A stretch of 64,000 nucleotides of DNA, from contig OY969763.1 of assembly GCA_963702845.1 (NCBI GenBank), positions 2,816,001-2,880,000 on the forward strand, read 5' to 3'. The notes under the pieces are model-generated. The model made no database searches. It was not told where the DNA came from and saw nothing but the letters and a program-made list of their open reading frames with translations. Shown in pieces: positions 50,060-60,452 of the stretch; within the stretch, counting starts at the first letter, position 1, and every line of letters starts with the position of its first letter. The DNA comes from an uncultured Verrucomicrobiae bacterium. Its GTDB lineage: Bacteria > Verrucomicrobiota > Verrucomicrobiia > Limisphaerales > Palsa-1400. Position numbers and translations under genes: made by a program.

Positions 50060-51463
50060 ATGAGTTCGCTTCTGATCACCGGCGGCCGTGTTATTGATCC
50101 GGCAAATCATTTCGACGCTGTTGCTGATGTGCTTGTCGAAAACGGGAAGATTTCTGCATCGGGCACCGACGCGGCACTGAAAGCTCCCAAGAAAATCGAG
50201 CGCTTCGATGCCAAGGGTTTGATCGTGTGTCCGGGCCTCATTGATATTCATGCACACCTGCGCGAACCGGGGCAATCGTCCAAAGAAACAATCGCGACCG
50301 GCTCGGCTTCAGCCGCACGCGGCGGATTCACTTCTGTCGTGTGCATGCCGAATACTTCGCCTGCGATTGATAACGCCGGAACCGTCGCCCTTATTCGCGA
50401 AAAGGCCGCGCGCGAAGCTTCCATTAACATTTTCGTCGCCGGTGCGATCACGAAAAACATCGCCGGTGAAGAACTCGCGCCGATTGGCTCACTGAAAAAG
50501 GCTGGGGTCATTGCGATCACAGACGATGGCCATTGCATCCAAAATCACGAATTGATGCGGCGCGCTCTGGAATATGCCGGAATGTTTGACCTCATCGTCA
50601 TGGATCATTGCCAGGATTACTCGATGGTTTCCGACGGTGTCGTCCATGAAGGTTATTGGAGTGCGGCTTTGGGTTTGCGCGGTTGGCCGGCGCTAGGTGA
50701 AGAATTGATCGTGGAAAGAAACATTCGATTGGCCGAGCTAACTGGCACGCACATCCACTGCCAACATTTGAGTTCGGCGCGAAGTGTCGACCTGATTCGC
50801 GAAGCTAAAAAGAAGGGCATTCCAATTTCTGGAGAAGCTTGCCCGCACCATTTCACCCTGACCGATACGACGATCGCCGGAAGCGACAAGTTTTGGAACA
50901 GCGACGGCAAAGAGCTCATTGCGGGCGGTGGCGAGTTACCGCAATGGCCGGTGTATGACACAAATTTCAAAATGAATCCGCCGTTGCGAACCGCTGCCGA
51001 TCGCGCTGCGCTGATTGAAGGATTGGCCGATGGAACGATCGAAATCATCTCCAGCGACCACGCGCCGCATTGTGATTACGAAAAGGAAGTGGAGTTTGAC
51101 TATGCGCCGTTCGGCATTACCGGTTTTGAAACCGAGCTACCGCTGTCATTGATGCAACTTTATCACACCAGCAAGCTCTCCCTGCCCGCTTTGATCGAGA
51201 AGTTTACCAGCGCCCCAGCGCGTCTGCTGAAACTGAACAAAGGCAATCTCAGCAACGGTATGGATGCTGATATCACGATCATTGATCCCGATAAGAGTTG
51301 GCTGTTCAAAGCTGACGAGACCGCCAGCAAGAGCAAGAACACGCCCTTTCATAATTGGCCGATGCGCGGCAAAGCCGTTGCGACAGTGGTCGCCGGAAAA
51401 ATCGTCTGGAAGGAATCGGATTCTGTGTTAGTGTCAAATACTAGTGCAGCAATGACAGAATAA
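50060..51463 (+). CDS. pyrC: Dihydroorotase
   Basis: DIHAHLREPG, MPNT, CPHH, KMNPPLR, DHAPH. Confidence 0.95.
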   Translation: MSSLLITGGRVIDPANHFDAVADVLVENGKISASGTDAALKAPKKIERFDAKGLIVCPGLIDIHAHLREPGQSSKETIATGSASAARGGFTSVVCMPNTSPAIDNAGTVALIREKAAREASINIFVAGAITKNIAGEELAPIGSLKKAGVIAITDDGHCIQNHELMRRALEYAGMFDLIVMDHCQDYSMVSDGVVHEGYWSAALGLRGWPALGEELIVERNIRLAELTGTHIHCQHLSSARSVDLIREAKKKGIPISGEACPHHFTLTDTTIAGSDKFWNSDGKELIAGGGELPQWPVYDTNFKMNPPLRTAADRAALIEGLADGTIEIISSDHAPHCDYEKEVEFDYAPFGITGFETELPLSLMQLYHTSKLSLPALIEKFTSAPARLLKLNKGNLSNGMDADITIIDPDKSWLFKADETASKSKNTPFHNWPMRGKAVATVVAGKIVWKESDSVLVSNTSAAMTE

Positions 51464-51494
51464 CCGCCACTCACCCGGCAATATCTATACACCC

Positions 51495-51941
51495 ATGAAA
51501 AAAGTTATCGTCGCTCTACTCGCCTGTTGGGCCGCTTTCCAAGTCGCCGCGGCTGACAAACTCGACTGGCAAACGGACCTTACGAAAGCTCAGGCGCAGG
51601 CCAAAAAAGAAAAGAAACTCGTCCTGCTCAACTTCACCGGTTCGGACTGGTGCGGATGGTGCATCAAACTGAACCACGACACGTTTTCCAAACCAGAATG
51701 GGCGACCTACGCCAAGACGAACCTGGTTCTCGTCGAAGTGGATTTTCCCCACTCCAAAGAACTGCCGGAATCATTAAAAAACGCGAACGACGCCTTGCAG
51801 AAGAAATATAAGGTGGAAGGATTTCCGACTATCGTTGTGGTAAAGCCGGATGGCACCGTGGTTTGGACTAATGAAGGCTATCTCGCTGACGGACCGAAAG
51901 CCATGATCGACGAAATCGAGAAAGCAAAAAAAGGAGCCTAG
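51495..51941 (+). CDS. Exported thioredoxin-family protein
   Basis: FTGSDWCGWC, GFPT. Confidence 0.9.
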   Translation: MKKVIVALLACWAAFQVAAADKLDWQTDLTKAQAQAKKEKKLVLLNFTGSDWCGWCIKLNHDTFSKPEWATYAKTNLVLVEVDFPHSKELPESLKNANDALQKKYKVEGFPTIVVVKPDGTVVWTNEGYLADGPKAMIDEIEKAKKGA

Positions 51942-52007
51942 TTGCTTAAAAACAATTTTAATATTGCAAGCGTGGCTGAATCAGCCACGCTTTTTTCTCA
52001 ATAAATA

Positions 52008-53165
52008 ATGAATCGTCCCGCTGTTATCGCTCTTGAAGATGGATCTGTTTTTCGCGGCACCGCCTTTGGCGCCAGCGCTGAAGCTTGTGGTGAAGTGTGC
52101 TTCAACACTTCGATGACGGGTTATCAGGAAATTCTCACCGACCCGTCCTACAAAGGCCAAATCGTTGCGATGACTTACCCGCTCATCGGCAACTACGGCG
52201 TGAACACACACGACGTCGAGTCGTGGCAACCGCACGTGGCTGGTTTTATCGTGCGTGAGCTTTCGCCCATCGTGAGCAATTGGCGCGCAGACATGTCGCT
52301 GCCGACGTATTTGGGAAAGAATGGTATCCCCGGAATTCAAGGAATCGATACACGGGCGTTGACCAAGAAATTGCGCGTGCGCGGTGCGTTGAATGGTTTC
52401 ATTACCACAAAAGAAATTTCAGACGCGGAAGCCATCGATCGTGCGAAGAATTGGCCCGGATTGGTCGGTGTCGATTACGTGAAGGAAGTCACACACAAGA
52501 AGCCGTTCCTGTGGGATGAAAAAGATGAGCAAAGCGGCGATTTTACGCTGCCCGTTGGCAACACCACTCGCGCTATCTTCGGACCGTTGCCGACTGCCGA
52601 TATTCCGATTGTCGCCTATGACTTCGGAATGAAATACAATATTTTGCGGCGTTTGCGTCAGCTTGGATTCAAACCCCAGGTGGTGCCGGCAACGACGCCT
52701 GCCGAGGAAGCCCTGAAATACAAACCTGCTGGAATCTTCCTTTCCAATGGCCCCGGCGATCCGGCGGCGCTTGGTTACGCTGTGCAAGCGGTTTCTCATT
52801 TGGTGAAGAGCGGCGTCCCGATTTTTGGGATCTGTCTTGGGCATCAGATTCTCGGACAAGCATTCGGCGGCAAGACTTTCAAACTCAAGTTCGGTCATCG
52901 CGGCGCCAATCAACCGGTCAAAGACTTGAATTCAGGTAAAGTCGAAATCACTTCGCAGAATCATGGTTTCGCCGTAGATGCAGCCTCTCTGCCAAAAGAC
53001 GTGCAGGTCGATCGCATCAATTTAAACGACCAAACGGTTGAAGGCATGCGCCACAAAACGAAGCCGATATTCTGCGTGCAATATCACCCAGAAGCTTCCC
53101 CTGGACCGCACGATTCAACGCCGCTGTTTGCTGAGTTTCGGCAGTTGATCGAGAAGAAGGGTTAA
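52008..53165 (+). CDS. carA: Carbamoyl-phosphate synthase small subunit
   Basis: GYQEILTDPSY, SNGPGDP, GICLGHQ, QYHPE. Confidence 0.98.
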   Translation: MNRPAVIALEDGSVFRGTAFGASAEACGEVCFNTSMTGYQEILTDPSYKGQIVAMTYPLIGNYGVNTHDVESWQPHVAGFIVRELSPIVSNWRADMSLPTYLGKNGIPGIQGIDTRALTKKLRVRGALNGFITTKEISDAEAIDRAKNWPGLVGVDYVKEVTHKKPFLWDEKDEQSGDFTLPVGNTTRAIFGPLPTADIPIVAYDFGMKYNILRRLRQLGFKPQVVPATTPAEEALKYKPAGIFLSNGPGDPAALGYAVQAVSHLVKSGVPIFGICLGHQILGQAFGGKTFKLKFGHRGANQPVKDLNSGKVEITSQNHGFAVDAASLPKDVQVDRINLNDQTVEGMRHKTKPIFCVQYHPEASPGPHDSTPLFAEFRQLIEKKG

Positions 53166-53216
53166 CTGAAAACGCTTCTACGCGTCGGCGACTGAACCCT
53201 CCACTCGCTCGTAGAT

Positions 53217-53690
53217 TTATTTGCTCTCTTTCGAACCACGTTCGATCAGGCGCTTCGTTAAAAACACCAGACCGCCCATTTGGATCCATTCAGACACGAT
53301 ATTACCGACGACCTGGCCCCATTTAGAATTTGCGTCCATGCGAAAGTAGAGAATCGCCCAGCCAATCCCCGTGATCGAAAGGAAGATCAGCAGCGAATGG
53401 CACATCAAGAAGTTAAAGATTCGATTCGAATAATGGCCCCGAAACGGTCTGCTCTCCGCTGACCCAATCTCAATAAGAAATTTAGTCCCTAAAATAATGA
53501 CGACCGATCCGCTCCAATCCGCTATCGCATTACCATAAAACGCTCCCATGTGCGTCGTCGGGTCAGAGTTACAATAAAGTCCAATCCACAAAGCCAGTAG
53601 CGCGATCGCCACGATGCTGAGCGAGTGTTTGTGAATAAAGCGCGCCAATGGTGAACGATGTTTTTTCCAGGCGGGTTGGTCGGATTTCAT
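53217..53690 (-). CDS. Small membrane protein
   Basis: Four TM segments; internal repeat GNAIADW / GNIVSEW. Confidence 0.7.
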   Translation of the reverse strand: MKSDQPAWKKHRSPLARFIHKHSLSIVAIALLALWIGLYCNSDPTTHMGAFYGNAIADWSGSVVIILGTKFLIEIGSAESRPFRGHYSNRIFNFLMCHSLLIFLSITGIGWAILYFRMDANSKWGQVVGNIVSEWIQMGGLVFLTKRLIERGSKESK

Positions 53691-54643
53691 TTGTCTCGTT
53701 TCAGTGTTTGCGCGAGAAAGGCGAGCACGCGCTGCTCGTATTGTCCCTTCACAAATGCATGCAGATTGACGTGCCCTGCCCCTTCCACTGCCCAAAATTG
53801 CTTTGGCTCAACCGCGGCGGCAAACAACTCATTGGCTTCAACAAGTGTTGTTTGATGATCCTCCGTTCCCGCCAGGAAATATTTTGGAACCGATACTTTG
53901 CTCACGCCATCGATTGGTCGGAGTTGGTTGGGACTGATATCAAGGCGCAGACCCAACTGACACGTCAAAAGCGGTGTGAAAATTTTTCCGACCGGCCCGA
54001 GTCGCATCACCATGCGATCTTCAGTTGCGCGCACGATATCGGGATAAACGCTTTCCAGAATCATCGCATCGACTTGTAACGGTGGATTCGCAAGCAGCGC
54101 GGCGGCTCCTCCCATTGAAACACCGATGAGACCGATTTTTGCCTTCGGGTTCCTTGTTCTCGTAAACTCCACTACTGCTTGTGCATCTCTGCTTTCCAGA
54201 TAGCCGAAAGTGATTTGTTTTCCCGGACTTTCACCATGTGCTTGAAAATCGAACAGCAAAGTTCCGTAGCCAGCTTCGTGTAAGAACCGCGCGCGGCCCA
54301 TCATATCGCCGCGACAACCCCGGACACCGTGCATCAGAATGATGACCGGCGCGTTGGAGTCGGGCGACGCAAAGAACCATCCGCTCAAGTCCGAACCGGA
54401 CGCGCTTTGAATCTTCACCGTTTCTGCGCGTAAATCTGAGGGCAATGGACCGGATTGGCGTCTGGAAGGCGCGGTGAGAAAGCCACCTACCAGCCACGTG
54501 ATGGATAATCCTGTCAGGAATAGGACCAAAATCGATATCGATAAAACCTTTTTGCGGACAAATGTCATCGCTGCCTCAAAATTTTTATTTGCAAAAGCCA
54601 GAACTCCATACGAGGTTTCCGCTAGATAGAGGGGCATTGTCAA
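53687..54643 (-). CDS. Alpha/beta hydrolase (start possibly 54568)
   Basis: HG, GVSMGG, GAGH. Confidence 0.9.
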   Translation of the reverse strand: MTMPLYLAETSYGVLAFANKNFEAAMTFVRKKVLSISILVLFLTGLSITWLVGGFLTAPSRRQSGPLPSDLRAETVKIQSASGSDLSGWFFASPDSNAPVIILMHGVRGCRGDMMGRARFLHEAGYGTLLFDFQAHGESPGKQITFGYLESRDAQAVVEFTRTRNPKAKIGLIGVSMGGAAALLANPPLQVDAMILESVYPDIVRATEDRMVMRLGPVGKIFTPLLTCQLGLRLDISPNQLRPIDGVSKVSVPKYFLAGTEDHQTTLVEANELFAAAVEPKQFWAVEGAGHVNLHAFVKGQYEQRVLAFLAQTLKRDK

Positions 54644-54756
54644 GATTCCATTGCGTGGTAAATCTTCAGGTGAACTCAGTTCGATGATGATTTGAAACCC
54701 GGTAGTCGGGAACAGCGACGGAAGCCAGCAAGCCGTCTCGCCAAAGTAGTAGTTGC

Positions 54757-55134
54757 ATGAACACTAGATTGTACGTGGGGAATCTTTCCTTCGACACGAC
54801 GGAAAATGATCTCCAGGACCTGTTTGGTCAGTTTGGTCCAGTTTCGGACGTTAACCTGATTACCGATCGCATGAGCGGGCGCTCCCGTGGATTTGCGTTT
54901 GTGACCATGGGCACCCCGGAAGCAGCGCAGGCCGCCATTCAAGGAGTGAGCGGTAAAGATATTGGTGGTCGCGCGATCACCGTCAACGAAGCCCGTCCGA
55001 AGGAAGAAGGCGGTGGCGGCGGTGGCGGCGGCGGCCGTGGAGGTGGCGGTGGTTACCGTGGCGGCGGCGGCGGCGGTGGTGGTGGTGGTGGCCGTGGCGG
55101 TGGTGGCGGCGGACGCCGGGAATACTCACGCTAA
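54757..55134 (+). CDS. RRM RNA-binding protein with Gly-rich tail
   Basis: LYVGNL (RNP2), RGFAFV (RNP1), VNEARP. Confidence 0.95.
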   Translation: MNTRLYVGNLSFDTTENDLQDLFGQFGPVSDVNLITDRMSGRSRGFAFVTMGTPEAAQAAIQGVSGKDIGGRAITVNEARPKEEGGGGGGGGGRGGGGGYRGGGGGGGGGGGRGGGGGGRREYSR

Positions 55135-55147
55135 GGTTTGTTTTTCA

Positions 55148-55178
55148 CGCGGCGGGCGTAACACCCCGCCGCGCTTTT
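55148..55178 (+). terminator. Intrinsic terminator
   Basis: cgcggcggg...cccgccgcg followed by ctttt. Confidence 0.7.
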
Positions 55179-55221
55179 AATTCTTCTTTCGCGATTTCGC
55201 GAACCGAAGCAACTTAGTCTC

Positions 55222-56229
55222 ATGAGACAAGCTTGCTGCGTCCTTTTAATTTTTTCGTTTGCCGCATTCTCGCGCGCTGCTGAGAAGGATTTGCCACGCG
55301 GTGTCGAAGCCAAGCAATACACCGGCTGGGAAGAATGCGTTTTTCTCAATGCCTCTGAAACACCCGTTCAGGCGATCATTGTTCCCGCGATTGGCGGTCG
55401 CATCATCAACTTCAGTTACGACAACGACAACATCCTCTTTGAGAATGCCGCTTCCGCCGGCAGAACTGTTGCCGATAACAAAGGACCGTTCTGGGCCAGC
55501 GGTTATCAATGCGACATCGGTCCCGAAATCGGGCATATCCCGCCACACGATCAACTTTGGATCGGGGCCAATACCTGGAAAGCGCCTCACGATTACAATG
55601 TGAACCTAACCAGTCAAACGGATACAAACCTCGGCATTGCCATCGATAAACAAATCGTAATGGCACCCGACACCGGGGAGCTCGGGATCGTGCAGCGATT
55701 GCGCAACGAATCGAGCAGCGCGAAATCCTATTGCCTATGGGATCGCAGCTTGTGCAAAGGCGGTGGCTACGCCTTTTTCCCGCTGAACAAACATAGTCAC
55801 TTCAAGCATGGGTGGTCAGTCCGCGCGAGAGTCGAAAATAATTACGTTTACGACAGCGAGAACCCTAGCCTGCCCCAGGTCCAAATTCTCGACGGTGTGC
55901 TCGTCACTGAAACATTTGGGGAACCGAGCAAGATCGGCGCGGACAGCGACGCAGGTTGGGTCGCTTATGTGCGCGGCAAATTACTTTTCGTGAAATATTT
56001 TCCGTACAATCGGAAGGGCAAATACACGGATGGCGGCAACTCTGTTGAAGTCTATTTCGATCAACGCGTCGCCGAAATTGAACCGCTCAGTCCCGAAACA
56101 AAACTCGAGCCCGGCCAAAACTTCAGCTTCCCCGAGAAATGGGTGCTGATTCCGTTGAAGAAGGAAGTCACCACCGTGCAACAAGCACGCGATTTGGTGA
56201 AACGAATTCCCCCGTCGCCTTTCAAATAA
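55222..56229 (+). CDS. Secreted protein, galactose-mutarotase-like (DUF4380-like)
   Basis: Signal peptide; VPAIGGRII...NILF; EIEPLSP...LEPGQ. Confidence 0.65.
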   Translation: MRQACCVLLIFSFAAFSRAAEKDLPRGVEAKQYTGWEECVFLNASETPVQAIIVPAIGGRIINFSYDNDNILFENAASAGRTVADNKGPFWASGYQCDIGPEIGHIPPHDQLWIGANTWKAPHDYNVNLTSQTDTNLGIAIDKQIVMAPDTGELGIVQRLRNESSSAKSYCLWDRSLCKGGGYAFFPLNKHSHFKHGWSVRARVENNYVYDSENPSLPQVQILDGVLVTETFGEPSKIGADSDAGWVAYVRGKLLFVKYFPYNRKGKYTDGGNSVEVYFDQRVAEIEPLSPETKLEPGQNFSFPEKWVLIPLKKEVTTVQQARDLVKRIPPSPFK

Positions 56230-56280
56230 CTTTGTAGCAGCCGACGTGAGGAGGCTCTGACTGATTTCGAATTCCGCGAG

Positions 56281-57033
56281 CTACCGGTCCCACATCGCTC
56301 TGTCATCACCTCGCGGATACTGCCAGCCGAGCGAACTGGATTTCAGGGCTTTGGCGTGTCCATCTACGAATGCGCAATTCGCCAGTCCATTATGCCGATT
56401 AAAGACGCGCACCGGATTGCGATGCCATTGATCATTGCGCGCCGCAGGCGTCAAAAAAAGCCACACCCCATATCCTTCCCAGTAGTTTTCTCGATTAATA
56501 GAAGCAATCCAGAGATCCGCATTTGTCTCCTTTACGTTGTCGATATAGGCGGAATCCGCAAACATCACCGTCTCTGACGGTCTTCTGACCGACGACACTT
56601 TGACAAATGGACCCGTGGCCGGGTCGACGTTTTCCGGAAACACACCGAGTTCGTTGAAATTCATGCCGATGCCATAAAGGTTCGTCAACGTCACACCAGC
56701 TTGTGTTGGGAACACATCTGGACAGCTATAAAGCTTCGGACCGCCCTTGGTGTAAGGCCGCAATATATCCGGCCACCACAAATAATCTTGATACGGGATC
56801 AGCCGGTCGGACGGCAACGGATTCACCACGCACGCAATCGGAACAATAATATCCCGAAACTCCCCCGTGTAGAGCGTGCTCGCAATTCCGATCTGGTGCA
56901 TGTTGTTGAGACACGTTGTCGCCCGCGCCTTTTCTTTCGCGCGAGACAACACCGGCAAAAGGAGCGCCGCCAAAATCGCAATGATTGCGATCGCCACCAA
57001 CAGCTCGGTCAACGTGAATGCTTGTTGTCGCAC
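56281..57033 (-). CDS. Prepilin-type / H-X9-DG (DUF1559-like) protein
   Basis: [32 protein letters not shown]. Confidence 0.88.
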   Translation of the reverse strand: MRQQAFTLTELLVAIAIIAILAALLLPVLSRAKEKARATTCLNNMHQIGIASTLYTGEFRDIIVPIACVVNPLPSDRLIPYQDYLWWPDILRPYTKGGPKLYSCPDVFPTQAGVTLTNLYGIGMNFNELGVFPENVDPATGPFVKVSSVRRPSETVMFADSAYIDNVKETNADLWIASINRENYWEGYGVWLFLTPAARNDQWHRNPVRVFNRHNGLANCAFVDGHAKALKSSSLGWQYPRGDDRAMWDR

Positions 57034-57041
57034 GGAATATT

Positions 57042-58652
57042 CTATTCAACTGTCAGCCCAACCATAAAGGGAACACTAATTGTTTTATCCGAGACATAAT
57101 CGATCGTCGACAGCGTTAGGTTTGAATGGGGATTGATAAAAGTTGTCCGATACAACACCAGCGATTCGTCGGGCTGCATCCTTTTAATCATCGGGTTCAT
57201 TCCAACCCAGGCTGGTTCGGTCAACGAATCCGTTTTGAGATTCAATGAATTCACACCCGTCTTGAACAACGGAGCCCACCAGTCCCAAACGTTTACCCCA
57301 GGAACAATGCGTAGTTCACTTTTACTGCCATCAGAAAAATGAAGGACCAACTGCCCGATCGGCTGTCCAGCCATCTCGAACGAAATGAGTCCCGCGCCAT
57401 GAAGAATATGAATCTTGCTGCACTGTCGATCGATCCGGATGTCCTTCACCCTCGCTGGATAATCATTTCCCTTCTTATAATGATCAAGCCACCCGCCAGT
57501 AAGATATACAGCTCCCTCAACGTCAAATGGCACACCTCCGAAAATGTGCGTTCCAGTCGGTAACTGCGCCAAATTATCCGAATTATCGCCTTTGTCCCCC
57601 AACGGCCCGTCAGCCAACTTCGTGTTAACGTATGGCTTCAAATCAATCGTCACTGCATCCGTCGTGTCGTTGACTTGTTGCCTCGCCTTGATCTCTTCCT
57701 CCCTCGCCCGTTTTTCACCCGGCCAAACTTCCGCACGAAGTTTTAAGATTTCTGCTCGGTGCGGACTCTTTTTAAACACGCGGTTCATCGAATTATCGAG
57801 GACAGAACCGGGTATGGAAGCAAACCGCTGCCGAAGAGCCGCTTTTTCTGCAGCTTGCCGCTTCGCCGCCACGCTCTTCAAAATCACCGTTGCGGTCCCT
57901 GCCAATAACAAGACAACCGCCGCGCCGATTACCGTTTTCGTTTTTGACCAAGCCATGAATTTTATTGCTCCTTTTACGAGGGTTAAAGTCGAACTACTCA
58001 CGACGACCCCGTGGATCGCCGTGGTAGTTACCGTTCCTGCCAAGCCGATCGGCGCGGCCTGCACCGAGTTTCCCGAAATCGCAGCCACGAGGATGACTGA
58101 GGTAAGCGTGACTCCTTGTTTGCTGAAGAACCGTCGAAGTTTGTCGACCGCGCGCGTCGTTCGTTTGTGCGCTGCCCATTCGCCGATTCCCAAGACGCTG
58201 GCTGTTTCCGATGCCGATTTGTTCTCGAAAAACCGCATCGCCAAAATGGCGCGCTCATTAGAGGTCAGGTTTTCCATCGCTTGCTCTAGAAACGGCGCGA
58301 GTCGGGCCCATGCCTCCTCAGGGCCAAGTTCAGAATTCAACGTCTGCATAGCTGCATCTCGTTCTCGGATTTCCCGGCGAAGTCTCGACCTTAACAGTCT
58401 TTTCGAAGTAAACCGTGTCGTTTCATACAACCAACCCACGAGAACCGTACGCGGGCTCAATCGGTTCGCCTTGCGCGCCAGAATCAGGAAGACCACTTGC
58501 GCCACCTCCTCGGCGTCACGTGCATCACCGACGCGACGCAACGCCGCGGAATACACCATATTCAGATGGCGTTTAACCAGCTCGGCAAAAGCCGATTCCG
58601 AGCCATTATCGGCAAACTCTCGCAATAGCTCCATGTCATCTGGCTCGGCCAT
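57042..58652 (-). CDS. ECF sigma factor with TM segment and beta-sandwich-like C-terminal extension
   Basis: DMELL..F..LVKRH..VYSAA..AQVVF..LARKA; sigma4 region; TM near aa 240-260. Confidence 0.88.
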   Translation of the reverse strand: MAEPDDMELLREFADNGSESAFAELVKRHLNMVYSAALRRVGDARDAEEVAQVVFLILARKANRLSPRTVLVGWLYETTRFTSKRLLRSRLRREIRERDAAMQTLNSELGPEEAWARLAPFLEQAMENLTSNERAILAMRFFENKSASETASVLGIGEWAAHKRTTRAVDKLRRFFSKQGVTLTSVILVAAISGNSVQAAPIGLAGTVTTTAIHGVVVSSSTLTLVKGAIKFMAWSKTKTVIGAAVVLLLAGTATVILKSVAAKRQAAEKAALRQRFASIPGSVLDNSMNRVFKKSPHRAEILKLRAEVWPGEKRAREEEIKARQQVNDTTDAVTIDLKPYVNTKLADGPLGDKGDNSDNLAQLPTGTHIFGGVPFDVEGAVYLTGGWLDHYKKGNDYPARVKDIRIDRQCSKIHILHGAGLISFEMAGQPIGQLVLHFSDGSKSELRIVPGVNVWDWWAPLFKTGVNSLNLKTDSLTEPAWVGMNPMIKRMQPDESLVLYRTTFINPHSNLTLSTIDYVSDKTISVPFMVGLTVE

Positions 58653-58743
58653 CTAAATAAGTAATCCCCGACCGCGGCGAAATTGGACATCTATTTTCAC
58701 AAATGTCTCCGCCACGACCGGGGATGATGCCCACCCGCACCTC

Positions 58744-60354
58744 CTACTTGAAATCCGCCGCTGAAAAATTCTGGTTCACCTGAATATTTTCCTGCGTTTG
58801 CGTGTAGATAAACTCACCCGACTTCATTGCTTTGGTCGTGTTCTTCATCATCGAATCCATTCTAGCGCGCACCTCCGCTATCGCCTCCGGAGTCACCGGT
58901 TTTTTTTGTACCCGAAGCATCTCGGAAAGGTCGGCATCGGATAGCTTTATTTCAGCCGAACTCATCGTAACGGAAGTTCGGGTGCGCCGGATCAAGTGGT
59001 CCTGTTTGCCAATCCAAAATGTGTTTTTAAGTTTCCCAACTCGCGAAGCCATTTTGCCTGCGAGACCAGCTTGTTTGGGAATTGCACTTGTATCCAACTC
59101 CATCGTGATCACGAAGCAATCCGCTTCGCCAACCTTCTCATCCTTTCCTTTTGTCTGACGCGAACTCCCACTCTTCGCGGAACTCAACATATTTCCCCAA
59201 CCCTGGTTGAAAAACACGGACGGTATCATCGAGGCCGCCAGCGACGACACGCCAGTCGCCGAACCAATTGCCAACTGCATATTCTGAAATTTCTGCACTT
59301 TCCCTTGCACGCCGCCCGCACCAGTCATCTGAAAATAGTCCCCCGTCCCGTCGTTCCAAGTCGCACCTGTGCTGGTAAACGCACCACCGGTTTGTGTCCA
59401 ATCGACGTGATACAATTGCGGGCGTTGCAACCGAATGTTGAATGCTGTTTCCGTGTTTGCACCACCCCCACTCACAAGGACCGTTCCGCTGCTGCTGTAA
59501 CTCGATAGCGCCGCATACGCGTCCATCGTGCCTTTCACGATTTGTTGCGCTGCCGCGTCGCTTCCATTCGCTGTTTTCGAAATCGCCACCGTCGCCACAC
59601 CGCCAATGAATAAAGCTGCTACGCCCACACCGATTGCTGTTTTCGCCTTTGACCATGCCATAAGTTTAAGTGCTCCTTTAACTAGGGTTATTGTTGAACT
59701 GCTGACGGCGGCCCCCTTGGCCGCCGTCGCAGTTACCGTTCCTGCCAAGCCAATCGGTGCTGCCTGCACCGAGTTGCCCGAAATCGCTGCTCCGATGATC
59801 GCGGTCGTAGAAACCACGCCACGCTTGCTAAATAATTTCCGCAGCTTCTCCAACGCGCGGGCAGTCCGTTTATGCGCCGCCTGCTCATTGATGTTCATCA
59901 ACGCCGCCGCTTGCGCCGCGCTTTTGTTTTCATAGAAACGCAAAGCCAACAGCGCCCGATCCTTTTCACCCAATCGCGACATCGCCGTTTCAAGATGTGG
60001 CGCAAGTTGAGGCCAAACACCTTCGTCGTCGGATTGGTTCAAGTGCGATTGCATATACGCTTCCTGTTCCCGCGATCGGCGGCGCGACTGTGCCCGCAAA
60101 AATCCGGCTGCGGTGAACCGCGTAGTTTCGTAAAACCAACCAGTTAACACAGTGCGATCGCCCAATTTGGCTGCTTTTTTTGCGAAGATAACGAAGACAG
60201 CTTGCGTGACGTCGTGGGCCTCGGCATCGCCGGTCAGACGCAACGCCACGGAATACACCAGATTGATGTGACGCCGAACCAGCTCAGAAAACGCTGGTTC
60301 TGATTCCTGGTGCACAAATTGCCCCATCAATTCCATGTCGCTGACATCCTGCAT
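58744..60354 (-). CDS. ECF sigma factor with TM segment and LolA/DUF2092-like extension
   Basis: Same N-terminal module; YAALSSYSSSG...LQRPQLYHV. Confidence 0.88.
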   Translation of the reverse strand: MQDVSDMELMGQFVHQESEPAFSELVRRHINLVYSVALRLTGDAEAHDVTQAVFVIFAKKAAKLGDRTVLTGWFYETTRFTAAGFLRAQSRRRSREQEAYMQSHLNQSDDEGVWPQLAPHLETAMSRLGEKDRALLALRFYENKSAAQAAALMNINEQAAHKRTARALEKLRKLFSKRGVVSTTAIIGAAISGNSVQAAPIGLAGTVTATAAKGAAVSSSTITLVKGALKLMAWSKAKTAIGVGVAALFIGGVATVAISKTANGSDAAAQQIVKGTMDAYAALSSYSSSGTVLVSGGGANTETAFNIRLQRPQLYHVDWTQTGGAFTSTGATWNDGTGDYFQMTGAGGVQGKVQKFQNMQLAIGSATGVSSLAASMIPSVFFNQGWGNMLSSAKSGSSRQTKGKDEKVGEADCFVITMELDTSAIPKQAGLAGKMASRVGKLKNTFWIGKQDHLIRRTRTSVTMSSAEIKLSDADLSEMLRVQKKPVTPEAIAEVRARMDSMMKNTTKAMKSGEFIYTQTQENIQVNQNFSAADFK

Positions 60355-60452
60355 CTACATAGTATTGGCCGGTCAGCGTTGGAACTGGACATTTTATTTG
60401 AACGCCCCAGCGGCGTCAGCCAACCTCAGGCAGCGAACGGCTAGGCCCAGGT

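Noticed and set aside
55010..55112. GGY triplet repeat as a noncoding repeat
   Set aside because: It encodes the Gly-rich tail of the RRM protein.
57544..58656. 370-aa plus-strand ORF and similar ORFs opposite the ECF genes
   Set aside because: Antisense shadows of well-supported genes.
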